Virus record (IMG/VR): IMGVR_UViG_3300044676_005519
Coordinates: 1 to 49,148 of that record
Source: a virus
Lineage: Duplodnaviria; Caudoviricetes
DNA length: 49,148 nt
Reading direction: 5' to 3' (one strand)
A program made the translations under genes and the position numbers. Below, piece by piece: positions 36,756 through 44,757 of the stretch. Position 1 is the first letter of the stretch. Each line of letters begins with the position of its first letter. Under the pieces are notes generated by a model. It searched no databases and was not told the DNA's origin. It saw only the letters and a program-made list of their open reading frames with translations.

Positions 36756-36941
36756 ATGAAAAGAATTTTTCTTTCACCGATTACTCACTTCAATCTCATG
36801 CTTGTGGGTATTTTGATTCTTATTCAGTCTATGCATCTTCATGCCCATAAAACTATGAGTATAGATGTTGACTCATATGTTCGTAATTTTTGTAGGAAAA
36901 ATATAGAGAAATGTCAGAGTTTCCTAGACAATGAGTATTAA
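36756..36941 (+). CDS. small membrane protein
   Basis: TM helix and FCRKNIEKC. Confidence 0.6.
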   Translation: MKRIFLSPITHFNLMLVGILILIQSMHLHAHKTMSIDVDSYVRNFCRKNIEKCQSFLDNEY

Positions 36942-36950
36942 TCACTACAC

Positions 36951-37004
36951 AGGACCCCTTGACATGGGTCCTTTTTTACTATATAATATGTAAAGATTTG
37001 CAAC
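36951..37004 (+). promoter_or_regulatory. terminator/promoter hybrid for hli, with HLR1-like box
   Basis: AGGACCC/GGGTCCT hairpin plus T run with TTGACA (36959-36964) in the loop; TATAAT at 36982-36987; minus-strand GTTGCAAA-TC-TTTACATA at 36987-37004. Confidence 0.8.
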
Positions 37005-37014
37005 ATATTGTAAA

Positions 37015-37218
37015 ATGACTGTAACAACAAACGAACTTGGGCAACAAAATCTGTTCGCTAAAGAACCCCAAATGGTAGTCGAAGACTACAACCGTAAGGG
37101 TCTTGATTCTCCTCAGCAATACATTGAGCGTTACAATGGACGTTGGGCAATGATGGGAATCGTTTCTGGATTCTTGTCCTATGCAATCACTGGTAAGTTC
37201 TTCTTCGGTATCTTCTGA
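37015..37218 (+). CDS. hli: high-light inducible protein
   Basis: ERYNGRWAMMG chlorophyll-binding motif plus TGKFFFGIF. Confidence 0.9.
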   Translation: MTVTTNELGQQNLFAKEPQMVVEDYNRKGLDSPQQYIERYNGRWAMMGIVSGFLSYAITGKFFFGIF

Positions 37219-37304
37219 TGACCGAATTTATTTGGACGGTTACCAGTGTTGCCTTTTTCGTTCTTTTAGGTTATTCTGTAGAAAAACTTTCTGAGACATA
37301 CTGA
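37218..37304 (+). CDS. 28-aa membrane micropeptide (not in ORF track)
   Basis: MTEFIWTVTSVAFFVLLGYSVEKLSETY; TGATG-coupled on both sides. Confidence 0.6.
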   Translation: MTEFIWTVTSVAFFVLLGYSVEKLSETY

Positions 37305-37594
37305 TGAACAAGTTTTATCTTTTTTCAAAACAGTCATGCGGACCTTGTGCCCTTGTAGATAAATACATGAACTCTATCAAGGACCAACGCACCTCTCTCT
37401 TGGAGAAAGTAGACCTTGAAGACTTCAGTGATACTCCCATCCCTCAGGAGAACCTTGACCTTGCATCCAAGTATGGTGTAACGGCAACTCCTGTCCTCAT
37501 TATCACCGATGCTGATGGCATTAAACTTGAGGAAAAGGTTGGGGGTATGCAAATCACTCAGAATATTCGCAGTTTATTTGACCAGTATGCCTAA
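37304..37594 (+). CDS. thioredoxin-like protein
   Basis: SCGPC active site; YGVTATP. Confidence 0.85.
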   Translation: MNKFYLFSKQSCGPCALVDKYMNSIKDQRTSLLEKVDLEDFSDTPIPQENLDLASKYGVTATPVLIITDADGIKLEEKVGGMQITQNIRSLFDQYA

Positions 37595-37742
37595 TCCAAA
37601 TGCTCTCTATGAAGACATGGAGAAACTCAACGCACTTTATGAAGAACTCTGTTGGGATTCAGATGATGAATTAGAGTTTGGTCACGACGGAGATAAAGTT
37701 ATTATTAAAAACAAAACACAAAATGGAACACAGTCTGATTGA
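37587..37742 (+). CDS. hypothetical protein
   Basis: MPNPNALYEDMEKLNALYEELCW. Confidence 0.6.
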   Translation: MPNPNALYEDMEKLNALYEELCWDSDDELEFGHDGDKVIIKNKTQNGTQSD

Positions 37743-37908
37743 ACTCCTCACTTACTATGTGATTGCAGGAGCACTTATTATTGGAGCACCAGCGGTGTTC
37801 TTTATTGTTGCCTTCATGCCTGCACTAATGAATACTAAAGGTGCAGTCGTTGGTTACAAAGTTCACCGAGATTATGGTGACACATCTATCTACTCAAACC
37901 TCAAATAG
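37723..37908 (+). CDS. small membrane protein, picocyanobacterial-type
   Basis: TM helix, then MPALMNTKG..VGYK.H.DYG. Confidence 0.65.
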   Translation: MEHSLIELLTYYVIAGALIIGAPAVFFIVAFMPALMNTKGAVVGYKVHRDYGDTSIYSNLK

Positions 37909-37918
37909 GAGAAACACA

Positions 37919-38029
37919 ATGTTTACTGACAAAGCAGAAAAACTGAATGGTCGTGCAGCAATGATCGGTTTCGTTGCAGCAGTGGCTTCCTACTTCACTA
38001 CTGGACAGGTCATCCCAGGTGTATGGTGA
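37919..38029 (+). CDS. hli: high-light inducible protein
   Basis: AEKLNGRAAMIGF...TGQVIPG; AGGAG RBS. Confidence 0.93.
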   Translation: MFTDKAEKLNGRAAMIGFVAAVASYFTTGQVIPGVW

Positions 38030-38166
38030 ACGACATGTTAGTCATAGCAGCTTCCATGATAGGAGGGTTCATCTTTGCTGCCCTGTTGACTGATGGAAAC
38101 GTTGATGATGATGACAATGGTCCAGGTGGTGGCATGATGATTCCAGCAACAGTCCCCACCTCTTGA
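38023..38166 (+). CDS. 47-aa membrane micropeptide with DDDD..GGGMM.P tail (not in ORF track)
   Basis: MVNDMLVIAASMIGGFIFAALLTDGNVDDDDNGPGGGMMIPATVPTS. Confidence 0.6.
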   Translation: MVNDMLVIAASMIGGFIFAALLTDGNVDDDDNGPGGGMMIPATVPTS

Positions 38167-38215
38167 CAAGCAAAACTGAATAGTCTATAATTCGGGGGTA
38201 CTATGCCCCCTTTTT
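38163..38215 (+). promoter_or_regulatory. consensus sigma70 promoter whose TSS falls inside a terminator hairpin
   Basis: TTGACA 38163-38168, 17 nt, TATAAT 38186-38191; GGGGGT/GCCCCC stem plus T5 at 38194-38215. Confidence 0.8.
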
Positions 38216-38216
38216 A

Positions 38217-38792
38217 ATGTTCGGACGGATTGCTGCCCTTGCTTCTGTAACACTCATCAGTGCTTCTTGTGCCACAAGTGCTGTAGAAGTTGAGAGTGAA
38301 GTTATAAGTATTCCTGTGGAGCCTTATCTTCCCACCTGGAAGTGTATTGACTGTACTCCTGAAGAGCAGTATGTTCTTAAACAACTCCAAGACAAAACTA
38401 GAATCACGGATAAAAATGCCCTGGCAACGATATTGGGAAACATTAAGTCTGAAAGCAACTTCACTCCCAATATTTGTGAGGGAGGTGCTAGAGTTCCTTA
38501 CAATCGTTGCCTTCGCGGTGGTTACGGGCTCATTCAGTGGACCACTGAGAACCGTTATTTGGGGTTAGGTAGGTTCTGTGAAAAGTTCAACTGTGACCCC
38601 AGTAGTCTGGAGGGTCAGACTCATTACATGATTAACGAAATTCACTTCCAAAAAGTTCTTCCAGAATTTGAGGGCAGTGGTAAAACTGTCCAACAATACA
38701 TGGTTCCCGCCTACTATTGGTTAGGATGGGGCATCAAGGGTAATCGAGAGATCTACTCTTATAACTACTCAAAGAAACTTGTTCTCGCATGA
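38217..38792 (+). CDS. lysozyme-like protein with lipoprotein signal
   Basis: LISASC lipobox-like; ILGNIKSES and GYGLIQWT phage tail-lysozyme-like motifs. Confidence 0.7.
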   Translation: MFGRIAALASVTLISASCATSAVEVESEVISIPVEPYLPTWKCIDCTPEEQYVLKQLQDKTRITDKNALATILGNIKSESNFTPNICEGGARVPYNRCLRGGYGLIQWTTENRYLGLGRFCEKFNCDPSSLEGQTHYMINEIHFQKVLPEFEGSGKTVQQYMVPAYYWLGWGIKGNREIYSYNYSKKLVLA

Positions 38793-39190
38793 TCATCAAA
38801 GCAATTAAAGAGTTGATTGAAACTCAAACATCTCTCCTTCAGAAAAAAGCAGGTACTTTCAATGTTGAATGTGCAGTTGATGAAGAAGTTGTGGACTGCG
38901 GCGAAATGGACAGTCCTTCTTATATCGGTGTGCCTGCTCCTGCTTACCTAGAGGATGATCCTTGGTTTGGACCTGCTATTGTCTCTGATAAGGGTCAAGA
39001 CTATATGGAGAAAGAAGCAGAGATCAAGCAACAAGAAGAAGAGAATCGTCAGTATTGGACGAATGAATCTGATAACATTCATCAGGTAATGTACGAGATG
39101 GCAACCCAGAGTGCTGCCACTACATTGCAACTTGATCCCATCGGTGGATCTGAGAACTTCCAAGGGGGTTCAGAAAATGTCCATCGATGA
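38789..39190 (+). CDS. hypothetical protein
   Basis: ATGA coupled; 133 aa. Confidence 0.65.
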   Translation: MIIKAIKELIETQTSLLQKKAGTFNVECAVDEEVVDCGEMDSPSYIGVPAPAYLEDDPWFGPAIVSDKGQDYMEKEAEIKQQEEENRQYWTNESDNIHQVMYEMATQSAATTLQLDPIGGSENFQGGSENVHR

Positions 39191-39398
39191 TTGGCGATAC
39201 AGTGACCAAAAAATGAAGGTCAGGGAACAGGCACTTAAAGTTTTACTTGCAAAGTTTGGTGCCCCATTGGAAGGAGGATCTCCTAAATATTCCAGTCAAT
39301 CAATCTATGAGTGTGCTCAAGACTGGGTGTCTCAAGGCAACATGCACACTGCAGGGATTGTAAAATATTACGAGGCATATTATGCAAAAGGTAATTAA
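39177..39398 (+). CDS. hypothetical protein
   Basis: MSIDDWRYSD...SIYECAQDWVSQG. Confidence 0.65.
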   Translation: MSIDDWRYSDQKMKVREQALKVLLAKFGAPLEGGSPKYSSQSIYECAQDWVSQGNMHTAGIVKYYEAYYAKGN

Positions 39399-39633
39399 TC
39401 TTTTAGCAGTTCTATCATTTGTAGGAACTGCTGGTATCATTGGTGGAGGAACATACATTTTCCTCCAAAGAGATGCTATCATTGAAGATGTCAAGAAACA
39501 AGTCACTAAACATGCCACTGAAGCAATCACAAATGATCTTCCTGGCATGTTAGATGCAGCAATGCCTGAGTTGCCTGAGGTAACTGGTCCTGCTGTTCCT
39601 TCTACAACTGGTCCTACTATTCCCTCTCTCTAA
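39382..39633 (+). CDS. membrane-anchored hypothetical protein
   Basis: GAGG RBS; N-terminal TM helix; Pro-rich tail. Confidence 0.7.
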   Translation: MQKVINLLAVLSFVGTAGIIGGGTYIFLQRDAIIEDVKKQVTKHATEAITNDLPGMLDAAMPELPEVTGPAVPSTTGPTIPSL

Positions 39634-39634
39634 T

Positions 39635-40315
39635 ATGAAAAAAATTATCATGAGTTTGCTGGCAGCAGCATCCTTTGCTGCACCAGCATTTGCTGAAAAC
39701 TCTAAAATCACCAAGGGTTACTATACTATGGATGCCATGGGGTGCATGTTGTTACGAGAATGCACCGATGGAGTCAAACAAGTCCATAGTCTTCTGGATA
39801 TTTCTAGTGAGTATTCTAGTGTTGATGCCTTTACTCCAGTTACTCTTGAATTCAACAGAATGCTCACTGCCCTTAATCAAGTCGGAGTTGGGGTGTTTTT
39901 AGCAGATGAAAAATATTTCCCACCTGGACACCGTGGTGTTTACCACACTGTAAGTAATAATTTCTTTCTTAATAGAGCATTCATGCATCGTCCCAGCACT
40001 TTAATGAGTGTGATGAGGCATGAAGGATGGCACGCTGCTCAAGATTGCATGGCAGGTAGCATTGAGAATAGTATGATTGCCATCATTCATAATGAAGAAA
40101 ATGTTCCTAAGATTTGGCAAGACATCGCAACTAAAACCTATGCACTCATGCCTGGTGCTATTCCCTGGGAAAAAGAGGCAACTTGGGCAGGGAAGACTGA
40201 AGGCATGACTATGAAAGCATTGGAGTCCTGTGCTGCAGGAACCATGTGGTCTGATTATGAACCTACTCCCCTAACCCGTAAATGGTTGGTGGAAAACGGG
40301 CACCTTCCTAAATAG
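39635..40315 (+). CDS. exported HExxH metallopeptidase-like protein
   Basis: Signal peptide ending PAFA; MRHEGWHAAQ; downstream EKEA. Confidence 0.7.
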   Translation: MKKIIMSLLAAASFAAPAFAENSKITKGYYTMDAMGCMLLRECTDGVKQVHSLLDISSEYSSVDAFTPVTLEFNRMLTALNQVGVGVFLADEKYFPPGHRGVYHTVSNNFFLNRAFMHRPSTLMSVMRHEGWHAAQDCMAGSIENSMIAIIHNEENVPKIWQDIATKTYALMPGAIPWEKEATWAGKTEGMTMKALESCAAGTMWSDYEPTPLTRKWLVENGHLPK

Positions 40316-40336
40316 AGTTGCCTTGCTACTCTACTA

Positions 40337-40639
40337 ATGGCAGATACCAAGCCTAAGGTAGAGAAGGAAGACCGCGATGAAGATAAAAGTGAAGTTCTTG
40401 GTAATTTGGTGAAAGTCGTAGTACTTATTTGGTCTGCCTCTCTCCTCACATTCAGTTACGTTAGACTTCCAAACGGTCAAAAGATTTTAGATTTTGATCC
40501 CACATTCATCGCATCGGTGTTCTCCGGATCTTTAGCTGCGTTCGGTCTCAGTCCTGCTAAGTCAGGTGGTGCCGCACCAGCAAAGAAAAAGAAAGAAGAA
40601 GAACCACCTGTTGTATCTGCTGTCGAACCTAAGAGGTAA
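40337..40639 (+). CDS. two-TM membrane protein
   Basis: CTAAATA late promoter upstream; DPTFIASVFSGSLAAFG. Confidence 0.7.
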   Translation: MADTKPKVEKEDRDEDKSEVLGNLVKVVVLIWSASLLTFSYVRLPNGQKILDFDPTFIASVFSGSLAAFGLSPAKSGGAAPAKKKKEEEPPVVSAVEPKR

Positions 40640-40641
40640 TC

Positions 40642-41220
40642 ATGTCACGTACCAAGTGGGTTGCTATTAGTATCAGTGGTGTAATTGCTGTCGCACATAT
40701 AGGTGTCTTAGGACATCTGATTAGACGACCACCTGAACCGAAAGTTGCTGAGGTTCCTACTATTAACATCCCACATGGTCCGTATACTTCTTACAAGATC
40801 ACAGCAGGAAGAGAAGGATATACTATAGAATATAAAGCAAATGACCCTGCCATCTTAGAGTCACAGAGATCATCAGATCTTGATAAAGAAAAGAGAGGTC
40901 TCTTTGGTGGTGGTAGAGAACAAAGAACTGAGTATCGTAGAGATCAATACACCATGGAAGGCACCCGCAATATGGGAGGAGGTGCCGTCGCGGACGGTGA
41001 GGGAAAGAGTGCAAAAGACATCGAATGTATAGTGGCGGACGCTGGAGCACGATCACAAGGTGCGATGGCAGGAACCGCAATTAGCACTGGAGTTCTTGTC
41101 CCTGCAGTAATCAATATTCCATATGTTGGATGGTTGGCAGCAGGTTGGGCAGCTCTTCTTGGTAAGCAAGTTGGAGAATCTATTGGGTCTGAAGTTGGAA
41201 CTGTGTTTAATGACTGCTAA
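40642..41220 (+). CDS. membrane protein with glycine-zipper-like C-terminus
   Basis: GAGG RBS; GAMAG...IPYVGWLAAG...G..IG..VG. Confidence 0.7.
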   Translation: MSRTKWVAISISGVIAVAHIGVLGHLIRRPPEPKVAEVPTINIPHGPYTSYKITAGREGYTIEYKANDPAILESQRSSDLDKEKRGLFGGGREQRTEYRRDQYTMEGTRNMGGGAVADGEGKSAKDIECIVADAGARSQGAMAGTAISTGVLVPAVINIPYVGWLAAGWAALLGKQVGESIGSEVGTVFNDC

Positions 41221-41396
41221 TGAACTTTGAATTGACAATGGAGGATTTTACAATCATCCAAAACGCATTGCATTATTATAAAAAAGTAGAGAAGTATCCA
41301 AACTTTGCTCACTTTGATGAAAAAAGAATCAATAAGTTACGGGATAAGTTGGCGTATCAAATGATCCCTAGCAAAAATTCTAAACCAAAAGAATGA
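41220..41396 (+). CDS. 58-aa hypothetical protein (not in ORF track)
   Basis: MNFELTMEDFTIIQNALHYYKK...; coupled on both sides. Confidence 0.6.
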   Translation: MNFELTMEDFTIIQNALHYYKKVEKYPNFAHFDEKRINKLRDKLAYQMIPSKNSKPKE

Positions 41397-41596
41397 ACTT
41401 ATTTCTTAGACCATTAGACGATCCTAATGGTGTGACCTGGAGTATTATCTGGTGTCTTGTTATCCTATTGATGGGAGTTGCTTATTACATATATACAATT
41501 ATGAAATTAGCATACCAGGAGTTAGAAGACGATGGGCAAGATGACACCACCGAGTCGCAAGAGTTGTTACAACTTCCGAGTGACGAGCATAGATAG
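41393..41596 (+). CDS. small membrane protein
   Basis: TWSIIWCLVILLMGVAYYIYTI TM helix. Confidence 0.6.
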   Translation: MNLFLRPLDDPNGVTWSIIWCLVILLMGVAYYIYTIMKLAYQELEDDGQDDTTESQELLQLPSDEHR

Positions 41597-41990
41597 AGTT
41601 TTGGATGGCGATACTATTGATGTGACTATTGACTTGGGTTTTGATCTCTATAAAAAAGAGAGAGTTAGAATTGCTGGTGTGGACACGCCAGAAAAAAGAA
41701 CCAAAGATCTAGAAGAGAAAGCATTGGGCATTGACGCAACCAACTGGATGAAAGAAAAACTAGAAGGTGCTATCGATGGAGATGACGAACTCACTATTAG
41801 GACTGAACTGGTTGGTGGTATGGGTAAGTACGGTCGCCTTCTTGGTTGGTTATATATTGGAGATGCAGAACTATCATTAAACGAGCAGATGATTACCGAA
41901 GGGTATGCTTGGGAATATGATGGTGGCACTAAACAGAAAGACTTTGTGGAGTTAAGAGAAATTCGTAGAGCACACGGTACATTAGTTTAA
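41532..41990 (+). CDS. thermonuclease (SNase-like) family nuclease
   Basis: VLDGDTIDV; RVRIAGVDTPE; KYGRLLG; LNEQMITEGYA. Confidence 0.88.
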   Translation: MGKMTPPSRKSCYNFRVTSIDRVLDGDTIDVTIDLGFDLYKKERVRIAGVDTPEKRTKDLEEKALGIDATNWMKEKLEGAIDGDDELTIRTELVGGMGKYGRLLGWLYIGDAELSLNEQMITEGYAWEYDGGTKQKDFVELREIRRAHGTLV

Positions 41991-42035
41991 AATTTGCTGA
42001 GAATTGTTAAATAGTAAAAGTTATTTGATTAGACT

Positions 42036-42149
42036 ATGGCACAATCCGCGTATAAAAATAGAGTGAAGAAAGAAGCAACTGAAACTTTCTTTCTTTATGT
42101 GTTCTTTCATTCTATTTGGACTGGTATTTTTAAATTCTTTGAAGACTGA
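42036..42149 (+). CDS. 37-aa hypothetical peptide (not in ORF track)
   Basis: MAQSAYKNRVKKEATETFFLYVFFHSIWTGIFKFFED; TGATG coupled. Confidence 0.5.
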   Translation: MAQSAYKNRVKKEATETFFLYVFFHSIWTGIFKFFED

Positions 42150-42955
42150 TGCCTGAAATACCTCTTATCACTTCTCCCAATATTCAAATTAGGGAGATTG
42201 AAATACCTGAAGTTATTACTACTACAGAATATTACACATCAACACCACTTGCTCCACCTGTTGTAGTAAATATTGGTGTACCTATTGTTGATGTTCCTGG
42301 ATGTGTTGAAGCTCATGAGAGTAACAACAAATCTAAGAAGGTTGGTATTGATGATCCGAAAGGAGTAGTTACTTATTGTGATGCTGGTGTCCCTAGTTAC
42401 GATCCAATCAACTATGAACCTGAAAAGATACTTCCTACCACTTCTGCCGGTATTCCCAAAACAGATTCACCAGAAAAACCAGAAACACCCGAAGTAGAAC
42501 CATCAGTAACAAAAACACCCCCAGTTAATACTGCCAAGGTAGATTGTCCTACACCAGCACAGGAAGCAAAGGAACCTGTAGGAACACTGGTAGAAGGATT
42601 TAGAAAGAAGGTAGTTGAATATAAACTGATGGGCAACGAGTGTGTCCAGATAACAGAAGCAGTCCCACTCCCACAGCAAATCGTCGATGGACTTCCTAGC
42701 GGTGGGCAGGTAGTACAAGTGGGTGGTGTTGCTGTCATTGCTACAACATCAGCACTATTAGCAAAACCGTTAGCAGACATACTTTTGAAAGCAGTTAAAC
42801 CAACGGTTAAGAAAGTTATGAAAAAGATTGCAGCGATTAGGAAGAAACCTATTCCCGTCCTGTCTGCAGGGGAGCGCCGAGCTGAGCAGCGTCAGATGAA
42901 TCACGCAGTGAAGGCATTGCGGTCTGTGTTTCCGAGACAGAAGAAGAAACGTTAG
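42149..42955 (+). CDS. Pro-rich hypothetical protein with C-terminal hydrophobic/basic region
   Basis: PPV..IG.PIVDVPGCVEAH; converges on the minus-strand module. Confidence 0.75.
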   Translation: MPEIPLITSPNIQIREIEIPEVITTTEYYTSTPLAPPVVVNIGVPIVDVPGCVEAHESNNKSKKVGIDDPKGVVTYCDAGVPSYDPINYEPEKILPTTSAGIPKTDSPEKPETPEVEPSVTKTPPVNTAKVDCPTPAQEAKEPVGTLVEGFRKKVVEYKLMGNECVQITEAVPLPQQIVDGLPSGGQVVQVGGVAVIATTSALLAKPLADILLKAVKPTVKKVMKKIAAIRKKPIPVLSAGERRAEQRQMNHAVKALRSVFPRQKKKR

Positions 42956-43600
42956 GAATATTGTGATAGTGAGGATGCTTATGTCCTGGTGGATTGTTTA
43001 CCACCACATCCGCACAAATTTTATAATAAGGACTCTTGGGGTGGAATTGAATACCTTTGAGCATCAAATCTCCACAGTTCTTTAGTCTGGCAATTTCAAA
43101 ATCCAATCTTTTGTTGGCAGTAAGTTGTTGCATCATATCGATACTTGCTTGTGCTGCTTGCTTACATTGATCTTGTAGTTCTTTATCAATTGGTGTACTC
43201 CATGTCATAGAGAAACCAACTCCGAGACTATAGTTATTTTTTTGTCCTGTTCTTGTTTTTTTATGAAACAGGATATCTCCTGGATTATCAATCAATCCAT
43301 CTTCATTTAAATCACTGACATCATAAACTGGATCCCAATAATAGGGTTCATATGGTTTGGATGCAGATGCAGTTCCAGTTACATATGGAGTAAAGTTTCT
43401 GGTGGGACCTTGACACTGGATTCCGTTTCCATATGTGTTGGTGATGTAGGGTCCTTGTAAAACCTGAATTGCTTGGTTTGTGACAGAACCAGAAGAGTTA
43501 GCAACAGGAGAAGCTGTGGCACTAACGCCACCCACAGTTTCTGCATTTACAGGTGCGGCAAAGAGTAAAGAGATTATTGCGAGAAAATACTTGTTGTATC
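42849..43600 (-). CDS. exported hypothetical protein, start undefined
   Basis: FLAIISLLFAAPVNA-ETVGGVSATASPVANSSGSVTNQAIQ...CQGP; no ATG/GTG/TTG near the signal-like stretch; nearest starts are ATG 43739 and GTG 43535. Confidence 0.7.
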
Positions 43601-44008
43601 TGTGACGCTTGTAATGTCTGTGGTTCTGTTTATAATCGTCTGATTGCTTAAACCCGGTCCCTGATACGTTTCTGTGAACTGAAACGCTGCTCCGGGAGTC
43701 GTCTGTGTGAATTGTGGTTTGCTTGTTACACCTGTCCATGTTGATGTCACTCCATCAATAGTTACATTTGTTGCCCCTGTTCCTGGGGATAAATTTCCAT
43801 TAATCGAAATACCAGATCCAGTTGCGGAGTATTGATATCCAGTGTTGTAGTCCATCGAATTGATGGTTTCTGTTATTTTCTGTGTCGTCTCTGTATGGCT
43901 GGTCATGGAGCCCTGTGTGAAGTTCGGAACCACGGGGACTGCTTGAGCAGCCCCATGCAAGGCACCAAGAACCAATCCGAGACCGATTGCTTCTTGTAAT
44001 CTAGTCAT
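43574..44008 (-). CDS. exported Thr-rich protein
   Basis: Signal peptide ending AAQA; VPNF, YSATG, TTPGAAFQFTETY. Confidence 0.8.
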   Translation of the reverse strand: MTRLQEAIGLGLVLGALHGAAQAVPVVPNFTQGSMTSHTETTQKITETINSMDYNTGYQYSATGSGISINGNLSPGTGATNVTIDGVTSTWTGVTSKPQFTQTTPGAAFQFTETYQGPGLSNQTIINRTTDITSVTDTTSIFSQ

Positions 44009-44466
44009 CAGTCGATAACCGTGATTTCTGTAACGAACTGTCCTACTGCAGATGAACCAGCACCGCCAGCAGTCATCGTGATAGCATGAGTTCTGTCAAT
44101 CGTGCCTGCAAGTGTGCTAGCAGAACCAGCAGTATAAGAGGTAAGGTTACCGAAGTTGGGAACAGCACCTGTGCTAACAGCAGATGCAGGAACACTATCT
44201 GCTGCGTTATATGTTTCACTCAACGACCAATCTTGTCCAGATGTGGTGACAGTATATGTACCAGCACCAGAGGTAGCACCACCCATCGTGCCTGCTGTGA
44301 TGTTAGAACCAGAGGCAGAATAACTACCACCGATTCTTACAGCAGTAGAGCGAGCAGCATCAACAGTCAGTTGGACTGAAGAAGCATGTTTAGTAACAAG
44401 TCCGCCAGCATTTGCTGCACCTGCGGTCATCAGTAACATTCCAAAAGCTATTAACGCTTTCTTCAT
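44008..44466 (-). CDS. exported Gly/Ser/Thr-rich protein
   Basis: Signal peptide ending AANA; minus-strand CTAAATA late promoter at about 44492-44498. Confidence 0.8.
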   Translation of the reverse strand: MKKALIAFGMLLMTAGAANAGGLVTKHASSVQLTVDAARSTAVRIGGSYSASGSNITAGTMGGATSGAGTYTVTTSGQDWSLSETYNAADSVPASAVSTGAVPNFGNLTSYTAGSASTLAGTIDRTHAITMTAGGAGSSAVGQFVTEITVID

Positions 44467-44559
44467 TAACCTAGAGTATTAACACTGGAAGTATTTAGGA
44501 AATGGTATGTTAGAATAAATATCTAAAAACCTATAAGGTAAAGAAACCCAAGTAGGGGC

Positions 44560-44617
44560 TTGACGGGGACGGAAAACCGTAGTATCATAAATACATCAAC
44601 ACGTTAAGGAATGTAAC
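44560..44617 (+). promoter_or_regulatory. psbA promoter: TTGACG-17-TATCAT plus late CATAAATA plus HLR1-like box
   Basis: -35 at 44560-44565; -10 at 44583-44588; late box at 44586-44593; minus-strand GTTACATT-CC-TTAACGTG at 44600-44617. Confidence 0.75.
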
Positions 44618-44635
44618 GTTTCTTAGACCGTTGTA

Positions 44636-44740
44636 ACACCCCAAACCGAGACCTATAGGGTGTATAAAGCACGTCTCTCATACCCACACTGGAGGGTGGT
44701 GTGGGAATACTAATATCGGTTCGTTCCCCCGAACTCATAC
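44636..44740 (+). ncRNA. structured psbA leader RNA (PhotoRC-II-like)
   Basis: GAGAC/GTCTC and CCCACAC/GTGTGGG stems with a GAGGG loop upstream of phage psbA. Confidence 0.65.
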
Positions 44741-44757
44741 GTAACCCTTTTTCAAAA

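Noticed and set aside
44701-44757. N-terminal extension of psbA from GTG 44701
   Set aside because: It lies in the structured leader; ATG 44758 gives a normal 360-aa D1.
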